A DNA stretch of 36,253 nt from Bacteroidota bacterium (GTDB taxonomy: Bacteria; Bacteroidota; Bacteroidia; Flavobacteriales; Weeksellaceae). Below, piece by piece: positions 7,119 through 16,583 of this stretch. The translations under genes were made by a program, and so were the position numbers. The stretch lies in assembly GCA_018266965.1 (NCBI GenBank), contig JAFDZJ010000131.1, forward strand, positions 1 through 36,253, written 5' to 3'. How positions within the stretch are numbered: position 1 is the stretch's first letter; each line of letters begins with the position of its first letter. The notes beneath the pieces are model-generated. The model saw nothing but the letters and a program-made list of their open reading frames with translations. It had not been told where the DNA came from and searched no databases.

Positions 7119-8567
7119 ATGAAAAGACAAACCATAAAATCTTTATTAGTAGATTACAAGAAATTACTTCATCATGACATTACAGTTCAAGGTTGGGTTA
7201 GAGCATTTCGCTCCAATAGATTTATCGCCCTCAACGATGGTTCTACTATTAATAATCTACAAGTAGTAGTGGATTTTGATATTTTTGGTGAAGAAATTAT
7301 AAAAAATATAAAGACCGCATCGTCATTAAAAATAATTGGAGAAGTAGTAGAAAGCCAAGGTGCAGGACAAAATATAGAAATTATTGCCAAAAAAATTGAG
7401 ATATTAGGCGATAATTTCACAGACGAATTGGAGAAAACTGTGCTACAACCCAAAAAACATTCTTTGGAAATCCTAAGAGAACAGGCACATTTAAGATTTA
7501 GGACTAACCTTTTTTCTGCGGTTTTCAGGATCAGACATGCTGTTTCTTTTGCTATACATCAATTTTTCAACTCCAACCAATTTTTTTACATTCACACTCC
7601 GCTTATTACCGGTGCAGATGCAGAAGGTGCTGGAGAAATGTTCAATGTTACAGCATTTGACCTTAACCAAATTCCTAAAAATGAAGAAGGTGAAATAGAC
7701 TATGAAGCCGATTTTTTTGGTAGAAAAACCAGTCTAACGGTTTCCGGACAACTGAATGTAGAAACTGCTATGATGGGAATGGGTAGGGTCTATACTTTTG
7801 GACCTACTTTCCGTGCAGAAAACTCCAATACTACTAGGCATTTGGCTGAATTTTGGATGGTGGAGCCAGAGGTTGCCTTCAATAATTTGGAAGACAATAT
7901 AGATTTGGCAGAAGATTTCTTGAAATTCGTAATTTCTTATGTTTTGGAAAACTGCAAAGACGATTTAGAATTTTTGGACAAAAGATTTGCCGAAGAGCAA
8001 AAACAAAAACCAGAGAAAGATAGAGCAAAAGAAGGATTGATAGAGAAGTTGGAAAATGTTGTCAAAAAAAGATTTATGAGAGTTTCTTATACAGAAGCTA
8101 TAGAAATTCTCATGAACTCCAAAGAAAACAAGAAAGGAAAATTCCAATTTCCGGTAGAAGCTTGGGGTTGCGATTTGCAAAGTGAACACGAAAGATATTT
8201 GGTGGAAAAGCATTTTGAAAGTCCAGTTGTACTTTTCGATTATCCAGCAGAAATAAAGGCTTTCTATATGAAACTGAATGAAGATGGAAAAACCGTAAGA
8301 GCCATGGATGTCCTTTTTCCCGGAATTGGAGAGATAATCGGTGGTTCCCAAAGGGAAGAAAAATTATCGGTATTGAAATCCAAAATGGAAAAAATGAATG
8401 TGGACGAACACGAACTTTGGTGGTACTTGGATACTAGAAAATTCGGTTCCGTGCCTCATGCAGGATTTGGACTTGGACTAGAAAGACTCGTGCTTTTTGT
8501 TACAGGAATGACCAATATTAGAGATGTTATTCCGTTTCCAAGAACCCCCAAAACTGCTGAATTTTAA
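7119..8567 (+). CDS. asnS: Asparagine--tRNA ligase
   Basis: GWVR OB fold, [55 protein letters not shown] at 7119 preferred over TTG at 7113; TAATTTTG promoter box at 7090-7097. Confidence 0.97.
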   Translation: MKRQTIKSLLVDYKKLLHHDITVQGWVRAFRSNRFIALNDGSTINNLQVVVDFDIFGEEIIKNIKTASSLKIIGEVVESQGAGQNIEIIAKKIEILGDNFTDELEKTVLQPKKHSLEILREQAHLRFRTNLFSAVFRIRHAVSFAIHQFFNSNQFFYIHTPLITGADAEGAGEMFNVTAFDLNQIPKNEEGEIDYEADFFGRKTSLTVSGQLNVETAMMGMGRVYTFGPTFRAENSNTTRHLAEFWMVEPEVAFNNLEDNIDLAEDFLKFVISYVLENCKDDLEFLDKRFAEEQKQKPEKDRAKEGLIEKLENVVKKRFMRVSYTEAIEILMNSKENKKGKFQFPVEAWGCDLQSEHERYLVEKHFESPVVLFDYPAEIKAFYMKLNEDGKTVRAMDVLFPGIGEIIGGSQREEKLSVLKSKMEKMNVDEHELWWYLDTRKFGSVPHAGFGLGLERLVLFVTGMTNIRDVIPFPRTPKTAEF

Positions 8568-8668
8568 TCATTATCCAAAAAAATAAAATTTTTATCCAAA
8601 ATAAATTGTAAATTTATAGTCGTTAAGGATTCATTAAATAAAAAAACACCAATCTTTGTAAGTAAAAT

Positions 8669-10150
8669 ATGCTAAAACAACATCTCCAAATGAAACTTGG
8701 GCAGAAACTTGCCCCACAACAAATTCAATTAATGAAGTTGATACAACTTCATACACTAGAATTTGAACAAGAATTGGAGAAAGAATTAGAAGAAAACCCA
8801 GCACTTGAAAAAGTTTCCGAAAACGAAAAAGAAGAAAATATTGATGACCTAGGAAACGATTATGAAGAAGAAGGCAATGAAAGTATAGACACAGATTTCG
8901 ATGTTGATGAATATCTCTATGATGATGAACCTTCATACAAAACTTCTACCAGCAATTATTCTCCAGATGATGAAGAATTTGATAGCCAAAGTCTATTGAC
9001 CGAAGGACAAACGCTTTACGATTATTTGATGGAACAAATCAACCTTGTCCATATTGCAGACCCAGATGATTTGAAAATTGCAGAATATATAATCGGAAAT
9101 TTGGACAATGATGGCTACCTACGACGAGAATTAAAATCCATAGTGGACGATTTGGCTTTCTCCCAAGGTATCTATACCAGTGTGGATAAAGTGAAAATGG
9201 TACTCGAAAATTATGTTCAAAAATTAGATCCTCCAGGAGTTGGTGCTAGAAATTTGCAAGAATGTTTGCTCTTGCAAATAGAAAAAAAAGTGAGTGCCAA
9301 CAAAGCAGTGGTATTGGCAGCAAACATTTTGAAAAATCAATTTGATGCCCTTACCAACAAACATTACAACAAAATAATCCAAAAATACGATATAGAAGAG
9401 GAAGATTTGAAAGATGCTTTGGAAGAAATATCCCACCTTTCGCCAAAAGTAGGCGGAAATTTTGATACACAAACAATCACACTCAACCAAGAAATAATTC
9501 CGGATTTTGTAATCCAAATAAGGGAAGGTAAAAAAGGTAAACCAGAAGTATTAGCGATGCTCAATAGCAAAAATGCACCTACACTTCGGGTATCCGATGA
9601 GTACAAGGATATACTTTCCACCTATTCGCACGACAAAAAATCTGCCGAACACAAACAAGCTGCTCTTTTCATTAAACAAAAATTAGATGCAGCAAAATGG
9701 TATATAGACGCCATCAACCAAAGACAAAACACGCTACTGAAAACCATAACTGCAATAGTGAAAATGCAGAAAGATTTTTTCATCTCCGGCGATGAAAAAT
9801 CCTTGAAACCTATGATATTGAAAGATATTGCAGAGGAAACAGGGTTTGATATTTCTACAATTTCCAGGGTCGTAAAAAGCAAATATGCTGATACTCCTAA
9901 CGGGATAATTTTGCTTAAAGATTTGTTTTCAGACTCTCTAACCAATGACGATGGCGAAGAAGTTTCCACCAAAGAAATAAAAACTTTTCTGCAAGAAGCA
10001 ATAGGCAACGAAAACAAAAGAAAACCATTGACAGATGACGCTTTGGTGGTAGTATTGAAAGAAAAAGGATATAATATAGCCAGAAGAACAATTGCAAAAT
10101 ACAGAGAACAACTCAATATTCCAGTAGCAAGACTTAGAAAAGAATTATAA
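8669..10150 (+). CDS. rpoN: RNA polymerase sigma-54 factor
   Basis: Q/L-rich N-terminus (PQQIQLMKLIQL..ELEENP), acidic region II, DISTISRV HTH, RpoN box ARRTIAKYRE. Confidence 0.97.
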   Translation: MLKQHLQMKLGQKLAPQQIQLMKLIQLHTLEFEQELEKELEENPALEKVSENEKEENIDDLGNDYEEEGNESIDTDFDVDEYLYDDEPSYKTSTSNYSPDDEEFDSQSLLTEGQTLYDYLMEQINLVHIADPDDLKIAEYIIGNLDNDGYLRRELKSIVDDLAFSQGIYTSVDKVKMVLENYVQKLDPPGVGARNLQECLLLQIEKKVSANKAVVLAANILKNQFDALTNKHYNKIIQKYDIEEEDLKDALEEISHLSPKVGGNFDTQTITLNQEIIPDFVIQIREGKKGKPEVLAMLNSKNAPTLRVSDEYKDILSTYSHDKKSAEHKQAALFIKQKLDAAKWYIDAINQRQNTLLKTITAIVKMQKDFFISGDEKSLKPMILKDIAEETGFDISTISRVVKSKYADTPNGIILLKDLFSDSLTNDDGEEVSTKEIKTFLQEAIGNENKRKPLTDDALVVVLKEKGYNIARRTIAKYREQLNIPVARLRKEL

Positions 10151-10186
10151 TTTTCGTCTACTATATTTTTTAAAAATCTAGTATTC

Positions 10187-10255
10187 AATCTCCAATTTCT
10201 AATCCCTAACCCTAATCCCTAATCCCTAATTTCTAATTTCTAACTTCTAATCTCT
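10187..10255. repeat. ~10 degenerate tandem heptamers AAYYYCT
   Basis: aatctcc aatttct aatccct aaccct aatccct aatccct aatttct aatttct aacttct aatctct, ending 8 bp before the ATG at 10264. Confidence 0.9.
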
Positions 10256-10263
10256 ATTATTAA

Positions 10264-11197
10264 ATGAAATCTTATCAAACTAATTTCGCTTGGAAAAAAA
10301 TAAACGATTTGCTTCCAACTGAATTTCAAATTAATGAAAATAATTTACCGATAGAAAAAACTTGGGATTGGAAAGGAAATAAAATACACTTGGATTGCTA
10401 CCCAAATCCAAATGCAGAATATAGAGTTTTTTTGCATCATGGAGTGGGTAAACCAATGGCAGACAATTGAATATGATAATTGGACACAAACCAGCCGAAT
10501 TGGGTTATGAAGTGATAGCAATTGATAATTTAGGCTTTGGTATGACAGAGGTTTCTCAAAAAAATATAACCTACAACGATTGGGTTCATTGTTTTGCAGA
10601 TTTCGTGAATAATGAAACCAAAAGAAATTTTAAAAAACCTATTCTCTATGGATTGAGTGCAGGTGGAATGTTGTGCTACAATGCAGCTTGTTTCATGGAC
10701 GAAGTTTATGGGATAATAGGAATGTGTTTTTTGAAAATGACGATAAAACTGTCGGTAAAAGTACCGCCAAATATGGTTGGTCCAATTGGTTGGTATTAAC
10801 TATGATGAATTTTTTTTCTAAAATAGGTTTCGGAAGATTGCCTATTCCAATGAAATTGGTATCCAAAATGAATTGTTTAGTCAATAATGAAAAGGCTTTG
10901 AAAATTTTTCTAAATGACAAATCTTCTGCCGGCACAAATGTTCAACTGCAATTTCTGTATGAATATATGAGTTACCAATTACCTATCCCTGTAACGGAGT
11001 TTGACAAATGTCCAATACTGCTTACCCAACCGGAAAAAGACAATTGGACACCTATCAACCTAACCAAAATATCCATGAAGGGGATAAAAGCTCCATTCAC
11101 TATAAAAATATTAAAAGATGGTGGACATTATCCTGTGGAGGAAACTGCACTACAGCAGCTTTTACAATTTTCTGATGATTTCATCAAAGCATTATAG
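10264..11197 (+). pseudogene. Alpha/beta hydrolase split by two frameshifts (~310 aa when restored)
   Basis: Three overlapping ORFs join as HHGVG|TNGRQLNM (2 extra A at 10450-10451) and MCFLK|NDDK (1 A missing in the run 10734-10737). Nucleophile GLSAGG, acid EKDNWTP and His GGHYP are present. Confidence 0.85.
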
Positions 11198-11246
11198 ACC
11201 AAATTTGTTTGGCATAATGACAAAATAGTTGGAGTAATTTCCCCAA

Positions 11247-11801
11247 CTATACTTTCATGATGTCTGCCTCTTTTATTTTGAGGTGGTCATCGCATAATTT
11301 CACATATTTATCTGTCAATTGTTGGATTTCATCTTCGGAACCTTTTATTAGGTCTTCGGAAACTCCATCAAGTTTTTTCAATTCTTTCATGCCATCTTGT
11401 CTGGCATTTCTAATAGTGATTTTGGATTGCTCACTTTCCACTTTTGCCTGTTTTGCAAGTTCTCTTCTTCTCTCTTCTGTCAAAGGAGGGACATTTAAGA
11501 TGATATTTTCTCCGTTATTAGATGGAGCAAAACCAAGATTAGAAATGATGATGGCTTTCTCAATAGCACCAATTGCTGTTCTGTCCCAAGGTTGTATGCA
11601 GATAGTCATAGCATCTGGAACGGATACATTAGCAACTTGATTGATTGGTGTTGGTGCACCATAATATTCCACCATTACATCTTGTACCATGGTTGTAGAG
11701 GCTCTTCCTGCTCTGATTTTCTGGAAAGCATGATCCAAGTGTTTTATTGCTGCATCCATTTCTTGCTTTACCATATTGGTTATCAATGATAATTCTTCCA
11801 T
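11247..11801 (-). CDS. frr: Ribosome recycling factor
   Basis: IRAGRAS, YYGAPTP, PPLTEERRRELAK, IRNARQD. Confidence 0.97.
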   Translation of the reverse strand: MEELSLITNMVKQEMDAAIKHLDHAFQKIRAGRASTTMVQDVMVEYYGAPTPINQVANVSVPDAMTICIQPWDRTAIGAIEKAIIISNLGFAPSNNGENIILNVPPLTEERRRELAKQAKVESEQSKITIRNARQDGMKELKKLDGVSEDLIKGSEDEIQQLTDKYVKLCDDHLKIKEADIMKV

Positions 11802-11825
11802 TCTATTTTCTTAATTATATTTTTA

Positions 11826-12533
11826 TTACAAATCTACCAAAGTTCCAATGTTTTCGCCTTCTATTAGTTTTTGTAGATTACCAAGTTTGTTCATGTCAAA
11901 TACTATAATTGGTAATTTGTTTTCGTGGCTTAAGGTGAAAGCTGTCATATCCATTACTTTCAGGTTTTTCTCATATACCTCATCAAAAGTTAATGAGTTG
12001 AATTTAACAGCATTTTCATTTTTTTCTGGATCGCAATCATAGATTCCATCAACCCTTGTCCCTTTCAGGATAACATCGGCGTCTATTTCTATCGCTCTCA
12101 GGGTAGCTGCGGTATCTGTTGTGAAATAGGGATTACCTGTGCCAGCACCAAAAATTACTACTCTGCCTTTTTCCAAATGTCTTACTGCTCTTCTTTTTAT
12201 AAATGGCTCTGCAACCTTATCCATTTCTATAGCACTTTGTAGTCTGGTTCGGATACCAGCATCTTCCAATGCTCCTTGCAATGCCATTCCGTTGATTACC
12301 GTTGCCAACATCCCCATATAATCTCCTTGTACTCTGTCCATACCTTTGGCTGCACCAGCAACTCCACGGAAAATATTACCTCCTCCAATAACGATTGCAA
12401 CTTCGCAACCTTTGTCCACAACAGTTTTTATTTCGTGGGCATATTCTTTCAGCCTATCGTTATCTATTCCGTATTGTCTATTTCCCATAAGGGCTTCGCC
12501 ACTTAGTTTCAGAAGAATTCTTTTGTATTTCAT
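11826..12533 (-). CDS. pyrH: UMP kinase
   Basis: [15 protein letters not shown] (probable true start 12533), [23 protein letters not shown]; sits upstream of frr as usual. Confidence 0.97.
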   Translation of the reverse strand: MKYKRILLKLSGEALMGNRQYGIDNDRLKEYAHEIKTVVDKGCEVAIVIGGGNIFRGVAGAAKGMDRVQGDYMGMLATVINGMALQGALEDAGIRTRLQSAIEMDKVAEPFIKRRAVRHLEKGRVVIFGAGTGNPYFTTDTAATLRAIEIDADVILKGTRVDGIYDCDPEKNENAVKFNSLTFDEVYEKNLKVMDMTAFTLSHENKLPIIVFDMNKLGNLQKLIEGENIGTLVDL

Positions 12534-12610
12534 ATTAATTTTGAGTTGATGAATTGTAATTTTTTTGTTATGGATAAATGCAAACAAAAATCGCTACTTT
12601 TCTTTTTTTG

Positions 12611-12711
12611 CAAATATAAACATTCAACAACAATTATAGAGGTTAGAAAAATAATAAACTCAAAAATTTTTAATGAAAAATTTTGACACGACCGAAAAAG
12701 GATTATTTTTG
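12611..12711. promoter_or_regulatory. Divergent promoters for pyrH (-) and porQ (+)
   Basis: Minus-strand TATATTTG at 12611-12618; plus-strand TATTTTTG at 12704-12711 with TTTG at 12682-12685. Confidence 0.55.
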
Positions 12712-12731
12712 CAACTAATATTTATTATTCC

Positions 12732-13721
12732 TTGAAGAAGAATTTTATACTTCCACTATTATTTTTGTCAGCTGTTTCTTATGCACAGATTGGCAATTCT
12801 GTGTATAATTTTTTGAATACTCCGGTGTCCGCCAGACAAGCTGCTTTGGGAGGAAATGCAATATCTATTACCGATTACGACCCTGCTTTTGTGGCTTCCA
12901 ATCCTTCTTTGATGAACAAAGAAATGCACAGCAAATTATCTTTGAATGTTGCCTCGTATCTTGCGGACTCCAAATATGGTACTATATCCTATGTTAGGGA
13001 TTTGGAAGGTGGACATTTAGTAAATATTCACGCCAGATATATGGATTATGGGAAAATGGCTCGTACGGACGAAAGTGGTTTTCAGATGGGAGAATTTTCT
13101 GCTTCGGATGTTGCAATTGGTGGTGGATATGCGTATCAGTTCGAAGATCAATGGACAATAGGTGGAAATCTTAATTTTATAACTTCAAAAATAGATTCAT
13201 ATTCCTCGATGGCAGTTACTGCTAATGCTGGAATTACCTTTCATGATGACAAATTGGGCGAAAGTATTTCCTTGGTAGCAAGAAATTTTGGCTATCAATT
13301 CAAACCTTTCAATGGGGTGAGAGAAACATTGCCGTTTGCCATAGATTTGGGTTACACCAGGAGATTACAAAAATTCCCATTGACATTTACTGTTACTGCA
13401 CACGATTTACAAGCCTTTAATATTTCTTCGGAATTGGACAACAATGGACAACCAGTTGGTTTTTTCAGGAAAGTACTCGATCATTTTTCTTTGGGTGCAG
13501 AACTTTTCCCAGAAAAAAATTTCAACCTCAGATTGGGCTATAATATCAAAAGAGGAAATGAATTGGCGGTAATGGATCAAAGGAGTTTTTCTGGGATTTC
13601 CGCAGGTGTTGGAATGAAATTTGGGGCATTCCGTTTCGATTATACCCACGCCAGATACCACAATGCTGCCAACCTGAACCAAATAGGTGTAACCTACGAC
13701 CTTACTGGAAACAAATATTAA
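12732..13721 (+). CDS. porQ: Type IX secretion system outer-membrane protein PorQ
   Basis: TTG start, signal peptide, YNFLNTPVSARQAALGG, NPSL, HFSLGAELFP, LRLGYN; directly upstream of cmk as in other Bacteroidota. Confidence 0.85.
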   Translation: MKKNFILPLLFLSAVSYAQIGNSVYNFLNTPVSARQAALGGNAISITDYDPAFVASNPSLMNKEMHSKLSLNVASYLADSKYGTISYVRDLEGGHLVNIHARYMDYGKMARTDESGFQMGEFSASDVAIGGGYAYQFEDQWTIGGNLNFITSKIDSYSSMAVTANAGITFHDDKLGESISLVARNFGYQFKPFNGVRETLPFAIDLGYTRRLQKFPLTFTVTAHDLQAFNISSELDNNGQPVGFFRKVLDHFSLGAELFPEKNFNLRLGYNIKRGNELAVMDQRSFSGISAGVGMKFGAFRFDYTHARYHNAANLNQIGVTYDLTGNKY

Positions 13722-13792
13722 AGAGAGGGATTTCTCTCAATTTTATTTTTTTTTAAATTTAATTTTACCAAAAAATATCGGAAATTCGCAGA

Positions 13793-14476
13793 ATGAAAAA
13801 ACCTGTAATTGCTATCGACGGATATTCCTCCACTGGGAAAAGCTCAATTTCCAAAGTTATTGCCGAAAAATTAGGACTAATACATTTGGACACTGGTGCT
13901 TTGTACAGAGGAATAACCTATTTTGCACTTGAAAATTGTTTTGAAATTGACCATATTGATTTTGAAAAATTATCCCAACTACTTTGTAAAGTTCATTTGG
14001 AATTTATCCAAAAAAATGATGAGTTATTATTGTTTTTAAATGAAATTGATGTTTCTAAAGAAATAAGAACGAGCAAGGTTTCGGATTTTGTAAGTATAGT
14101 AGCTAGGCAACCCGAAGTAAGAAATTTTTTATTGGATACCCAAAGAAATATCGCTGAAAAAGGTGGAGTAATTATGGATGGAAGAGATATTGGGACAGTT
14201 GTTTTGCCTAATGCAGACCTGAAATTTTTTCTTACAGCAAGTATAGAGGAAAGAACCAAAAGACGATTTCATGAGTTGGTTTCACTAGGAATAGATGCCA
14301 ACGAAACCGAGGTAAGACAAAACCTCATCAATAGGGATAAAATGGATAGTGAAAGAGAAATAGCACCACTGAAAAAATCAGAAGATGCGATATTAATCGA
14401 CAATTCCGACCTGAACAAAGAACAAACAATAGCGTTGATGTTAGAAATAATTAACAAGAACTGTAAGGCTCATTAA
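13793..14476 (+). CDS. cmk: Cytidylate kinase
   Basis: IAIDGYSSTGKSS, LDTGALYR, MDGRDIGTVVLPNA. Confidence 0.96.
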   Translation: MKKPVIAIDGYSSTGKSSISKVIAEKLGLIHLDTGALYRGITYFALENCFEIDHIDFEKLSQLLCKVHLEFIQKNDELLLFLNEIDVSKEIRTSKVSDFVSIVARQPEVRNFLLDTQRNIAEKGGVIMDGRDIGTVVLPNADLKFFLTASIEERTKRRFHELVSLGIDANETEVRQNLINRDKMDSEREIAPLKKSEDAILIDNSDLNKEQTIALMLEIINKNCKAH

Positions 14477-14504
14477 AAAAAATAATTTATAATTATTTGA
14501 TTTG

Positions 14505-14519
14505 TGGTATATTTATTGT
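14505..14519 (+). promoter_or_regulatory. Putative sigma-54 (-24/-12) promoter
   Basis: TGGTAT-ATTTA-TTGT (GG-N10-GT) 50 bp upstream of the YtxH gene. Confidence 0.45.
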
Positions 14520-14569
14520 AACTTTATTGAAAGTTTTTAATATCACAACTAATTATAAAAAAAATAAAA

Positions 14570-14953
14570 ATGGCAAAGAAAGGAAATAACTTAGGAGGCG
14601 TACTTGCAGGATTGTTAGCAGGTGCAGCAGTTGGTGTTGTAATGGGTATGTTATATGCTCCAGAAGAAGGTAAAGAAACCAGAAAAAAACTAAAAAAGAA
14701 AGCTGGTAATATAAAAGATCAAGCTGTTGATCAGTACGGTAAAGTTTCTGAAGTGGCTAAAAACAGATACAACGATGTATCCGATAAAGTAAAAGGACAC
14801 TATGACAATTTGTCATCTACCTTTAAAGACACAGCAAGTTCTGTTGCTAGTACAGTGAAAGAAGGTTATGACAAATACAAAGACAGAGCAATGGATACCG
14901 CTACAAGTTTAGCAAAAGATGTAAGCGACAAGTTGGACAGTATGAAATCCTAA
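14570..14953 (+). CDS. YtxH-domain protein
   Basis: GLLAGAAVGVVMGMLYAPEEGKETRKKL followed by a LEA-like helical tail. Confidence 0.88.
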   Translation: MAKKGNNLGGVLAGLLAGAAVGVVMGMLYAPEEGKETRKKLKKKAGNIKDQAVDQYGKVSEVAKNRYNDVSDKVKGHYDNLSSTFKDTASSVASTVKEGYDKYKDRAMDTATSLAKDVSDKLDSMKS

Positions 14954-14980
14954 TTGAAGTCTGAATAGAATTTAATAAAT

Positions 14981-15011
14981 AAAGGAACTTTGAATTCTAA
15001 AGTTCCTTTTT
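14981..15011 (+). terminator. Hairpin/terminator after the YtxH gene
   Basis: AAAGGAACTTT-gaattct-AAAGTTCCTTT followed by Ts. Confidence 0.65.
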
Positions 15012-15034
15012 ATCATTTTAAAAAAAAAACTAAA

Positions 15035-15343
15035 ATGTTGGGTATATTAAAAGATTACGCTTCCAAAAAGACAGAGCTTTTGAAGTTGGAAGCTACAGAA
15101 AAAACAGCACTTTCTTTGGGTACAACCACTTATATAGTGTTAGCAGCAATTACTTTGTTGTTTTTCATTATTTTATTCAATGTAGGTTTGGGCTTCTTGT
15201 TAGGGAAATTTGTAGAAAGTTATGCACTGGGTTTCATGATAGTTGCTGGTGTGTATCTACTTTTGTTTTTGATTATTTTATTAACCAAAAACTCTATAAA
15301 AAACTCCATTGCGAATAAAATTATACAATTCATCAACGAATAG
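15035..15343 (+). CDS. Two-TM phage-holin-family (YqjE-like) membrane protein
   Basis: ATG at 15035; Y...K.ELLKLE motif followed by two hydrophobic helices. Confidence 0.7.
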   Translation: MLGILKDYASKKTELLKLEATEKTALSLGTTTYIVLAAITLLFFIILFNVGLGFLLGKFVESYALGFMIVAGVYLLLFLIILLTKNSIKNSIANKIIQFINE

Positions 15344-15345
15344 TC

Positions 15346-15843
15346 ATGAGTACAAAATACAATAGCCTAGAAGAGTTAAGAAGGAAAAAAGAATTGTTGA
15401 AGTCCGAAGTTCAGGATTTGGAAAGCTTGATTTCTTTTGATAATGCAAAAGATAGCCTAAGTGCTTTTACTAATGGTTTCTCGGACAAATTCATTGCAGA
15501 AACCGTAGATGAAAATGGACACGCCGGGATTACTCTGAAAAAAGAGGAAATCATGAAAGAGGTTGCCAGCGAAGTGAAAGATAGAGTTATAGGAAAAAAT
15601 AAATTGCTTAATTTGGCGAGTACTGCCTCCAAAAATGGATTTGTAGAAGAGGCTGTAAAGTTAGGGATTACAGTTATGATTAGTGGTTATGCTAAAAAAA
15701 ACCTCAAAAATAGTAATTGGAAAAAAAGAATTATTGGTTTGGCAATGGTTTATATTGCACCGATGTTTATAAGATATTCTTTGAAAAAATTAGAATCGTA
15801 TCAGAAAAATAAGAGTATTAGTAGTTTTGAAAAATTAATTTAA
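15346..15843 (+). CDS. Conserved hypothetical protein
   Basis: 165-aa ORF 2 bp after the previous gene; YNSLEELRRKKELLK coiled coil and C-terminal hydrophobic patch. Confidence 0.75.
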   Translation: MSTKYNSLEELRRKKELLKSEVQDLESLISFDNAKDSLSAFTNGFSDKFIAETVDENGHAGITLKKEEIMKEVASEVKDRVIGKNKLLNLASTASKNGFVEEAVKLGITVMISGYAKKNLKNSNWKKRIIGLAMVYIAPMFIRYSLKKLESYQKNKSISSFEKLI

Positions 15844-15854
15844 AAACAATTCGG

Positions 15855-16583
15855 TTACTTTTTTGAAAATAGTTGCCCTAAAATTATCCCACCTGCCATA
15901 GAAACATTCAGGCTTTCAGTCGATTTTTGATTTCCAAACCTTGGAATTGTAATTTTATCTTGCAAAAGTTTTTCTATTTTTGGTCGAATTCCATTGCCTT
16001 CATTTCCTAGAATGATATTTATATTTCTTGGAAAATTGAATTTGTAAATACTTTCCCCGTCCATATCCGTACCTATATTTTGATTTTTGGAAGTCTGTAA
16101 AAATATTTCTAAATCGGTATAGAAAATTTCAGTTCTGGTGAAAGAACCCATGGTTGCTTGTATCACTTTTGGGTTGTAATAGTCCACGGTATCTTCACTA
16201 CAAATAATTTGTGAAATACCAAACCAATCTGCTAATCTTATTATTGTACCTAGGTTTCCTGGGTCTTGTATCCCATCTAAAATTATTTGGGTATCACTTT
16301 CTGCAATTTCTTTCGGCTGTAAAATTTCGCAAATTGCCAAAGAATCTTTTGGATTTTGCAGAAAACTAATATTCCGCAATTCTTTTTCTGTAATCTGATA
16401 AGGTAATACTCCCAAAAAATCGATATTTTTGGGCTCAATAGAAAATATTTCTTTAATTTTATATTGAGATTGATGAAGTTCTCGGATATTTTTATTTCCT
16501 TCGACAACAAACAAATTGTATTTTTGTCTGAATTTCTTTTTATCCAATGATTGTATAACTTTTATTTTATGAGCGGTAAGCAT
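15855..16583 (-). CDS. TrmH/SpoU-family RNA methyltransferase
   Basis: KKFRQKYNLFVVEG, LDGIQDPGNLGTIIRLADWFG, LGNEGNGI, ESLNVS; probable start MLTAHK at 16583. Confidence 0.93.
   Translation of the reverse strand: MLTAHKIKVIQSLDKKKFRQKYNLFVVEGNKNIRELHQSQYKIKEIFSIEPKNIDFLGVLPYQITEKELRNISFLQNPKDSLAICEILQPKEIAESDTQIILDGIQDPGNLGTIIRLADWFGISQIICSEDTVDYYNPKVIQATMGSFTRTEIFYTDLEIFLQTSKNQNIGTDMDGESIYKFNFPRNINIILGNEGNGIRPKIEKLLQDKITIPRFGNQKSTESLNVSMAGGIILGQLFSKK

Noticed and set aside
6974-7177. 67-aa ORF overlapping the asnS start
   Set aside because: TTG start, spans the asnS promoter and overlaps asnS out of frame.
10201-10227. Telomere-like (TAACCC/TAATCCC) sequence suggesting eukaryotic contamination
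   Set aside because: It is part of a degenerate heptamer array embedded between bacterial genes.
11207-11222. TGGCATAATG as a sigma-54 promoter
   Set aside because: No -12 GC at the right spacing, and it lies between convergent genes.
12569-12577. DnaA-box-like TTATCCATA (minus strand) upstream of pyrH
   Set aside because: Single mismatched copy; no cluster or origin context.
15035-15343. Prophage, on account of the holin-family annotation
   Set aside because: No endolysin or other phage genes; the YtxH operon context is a chromosomal arrangement.
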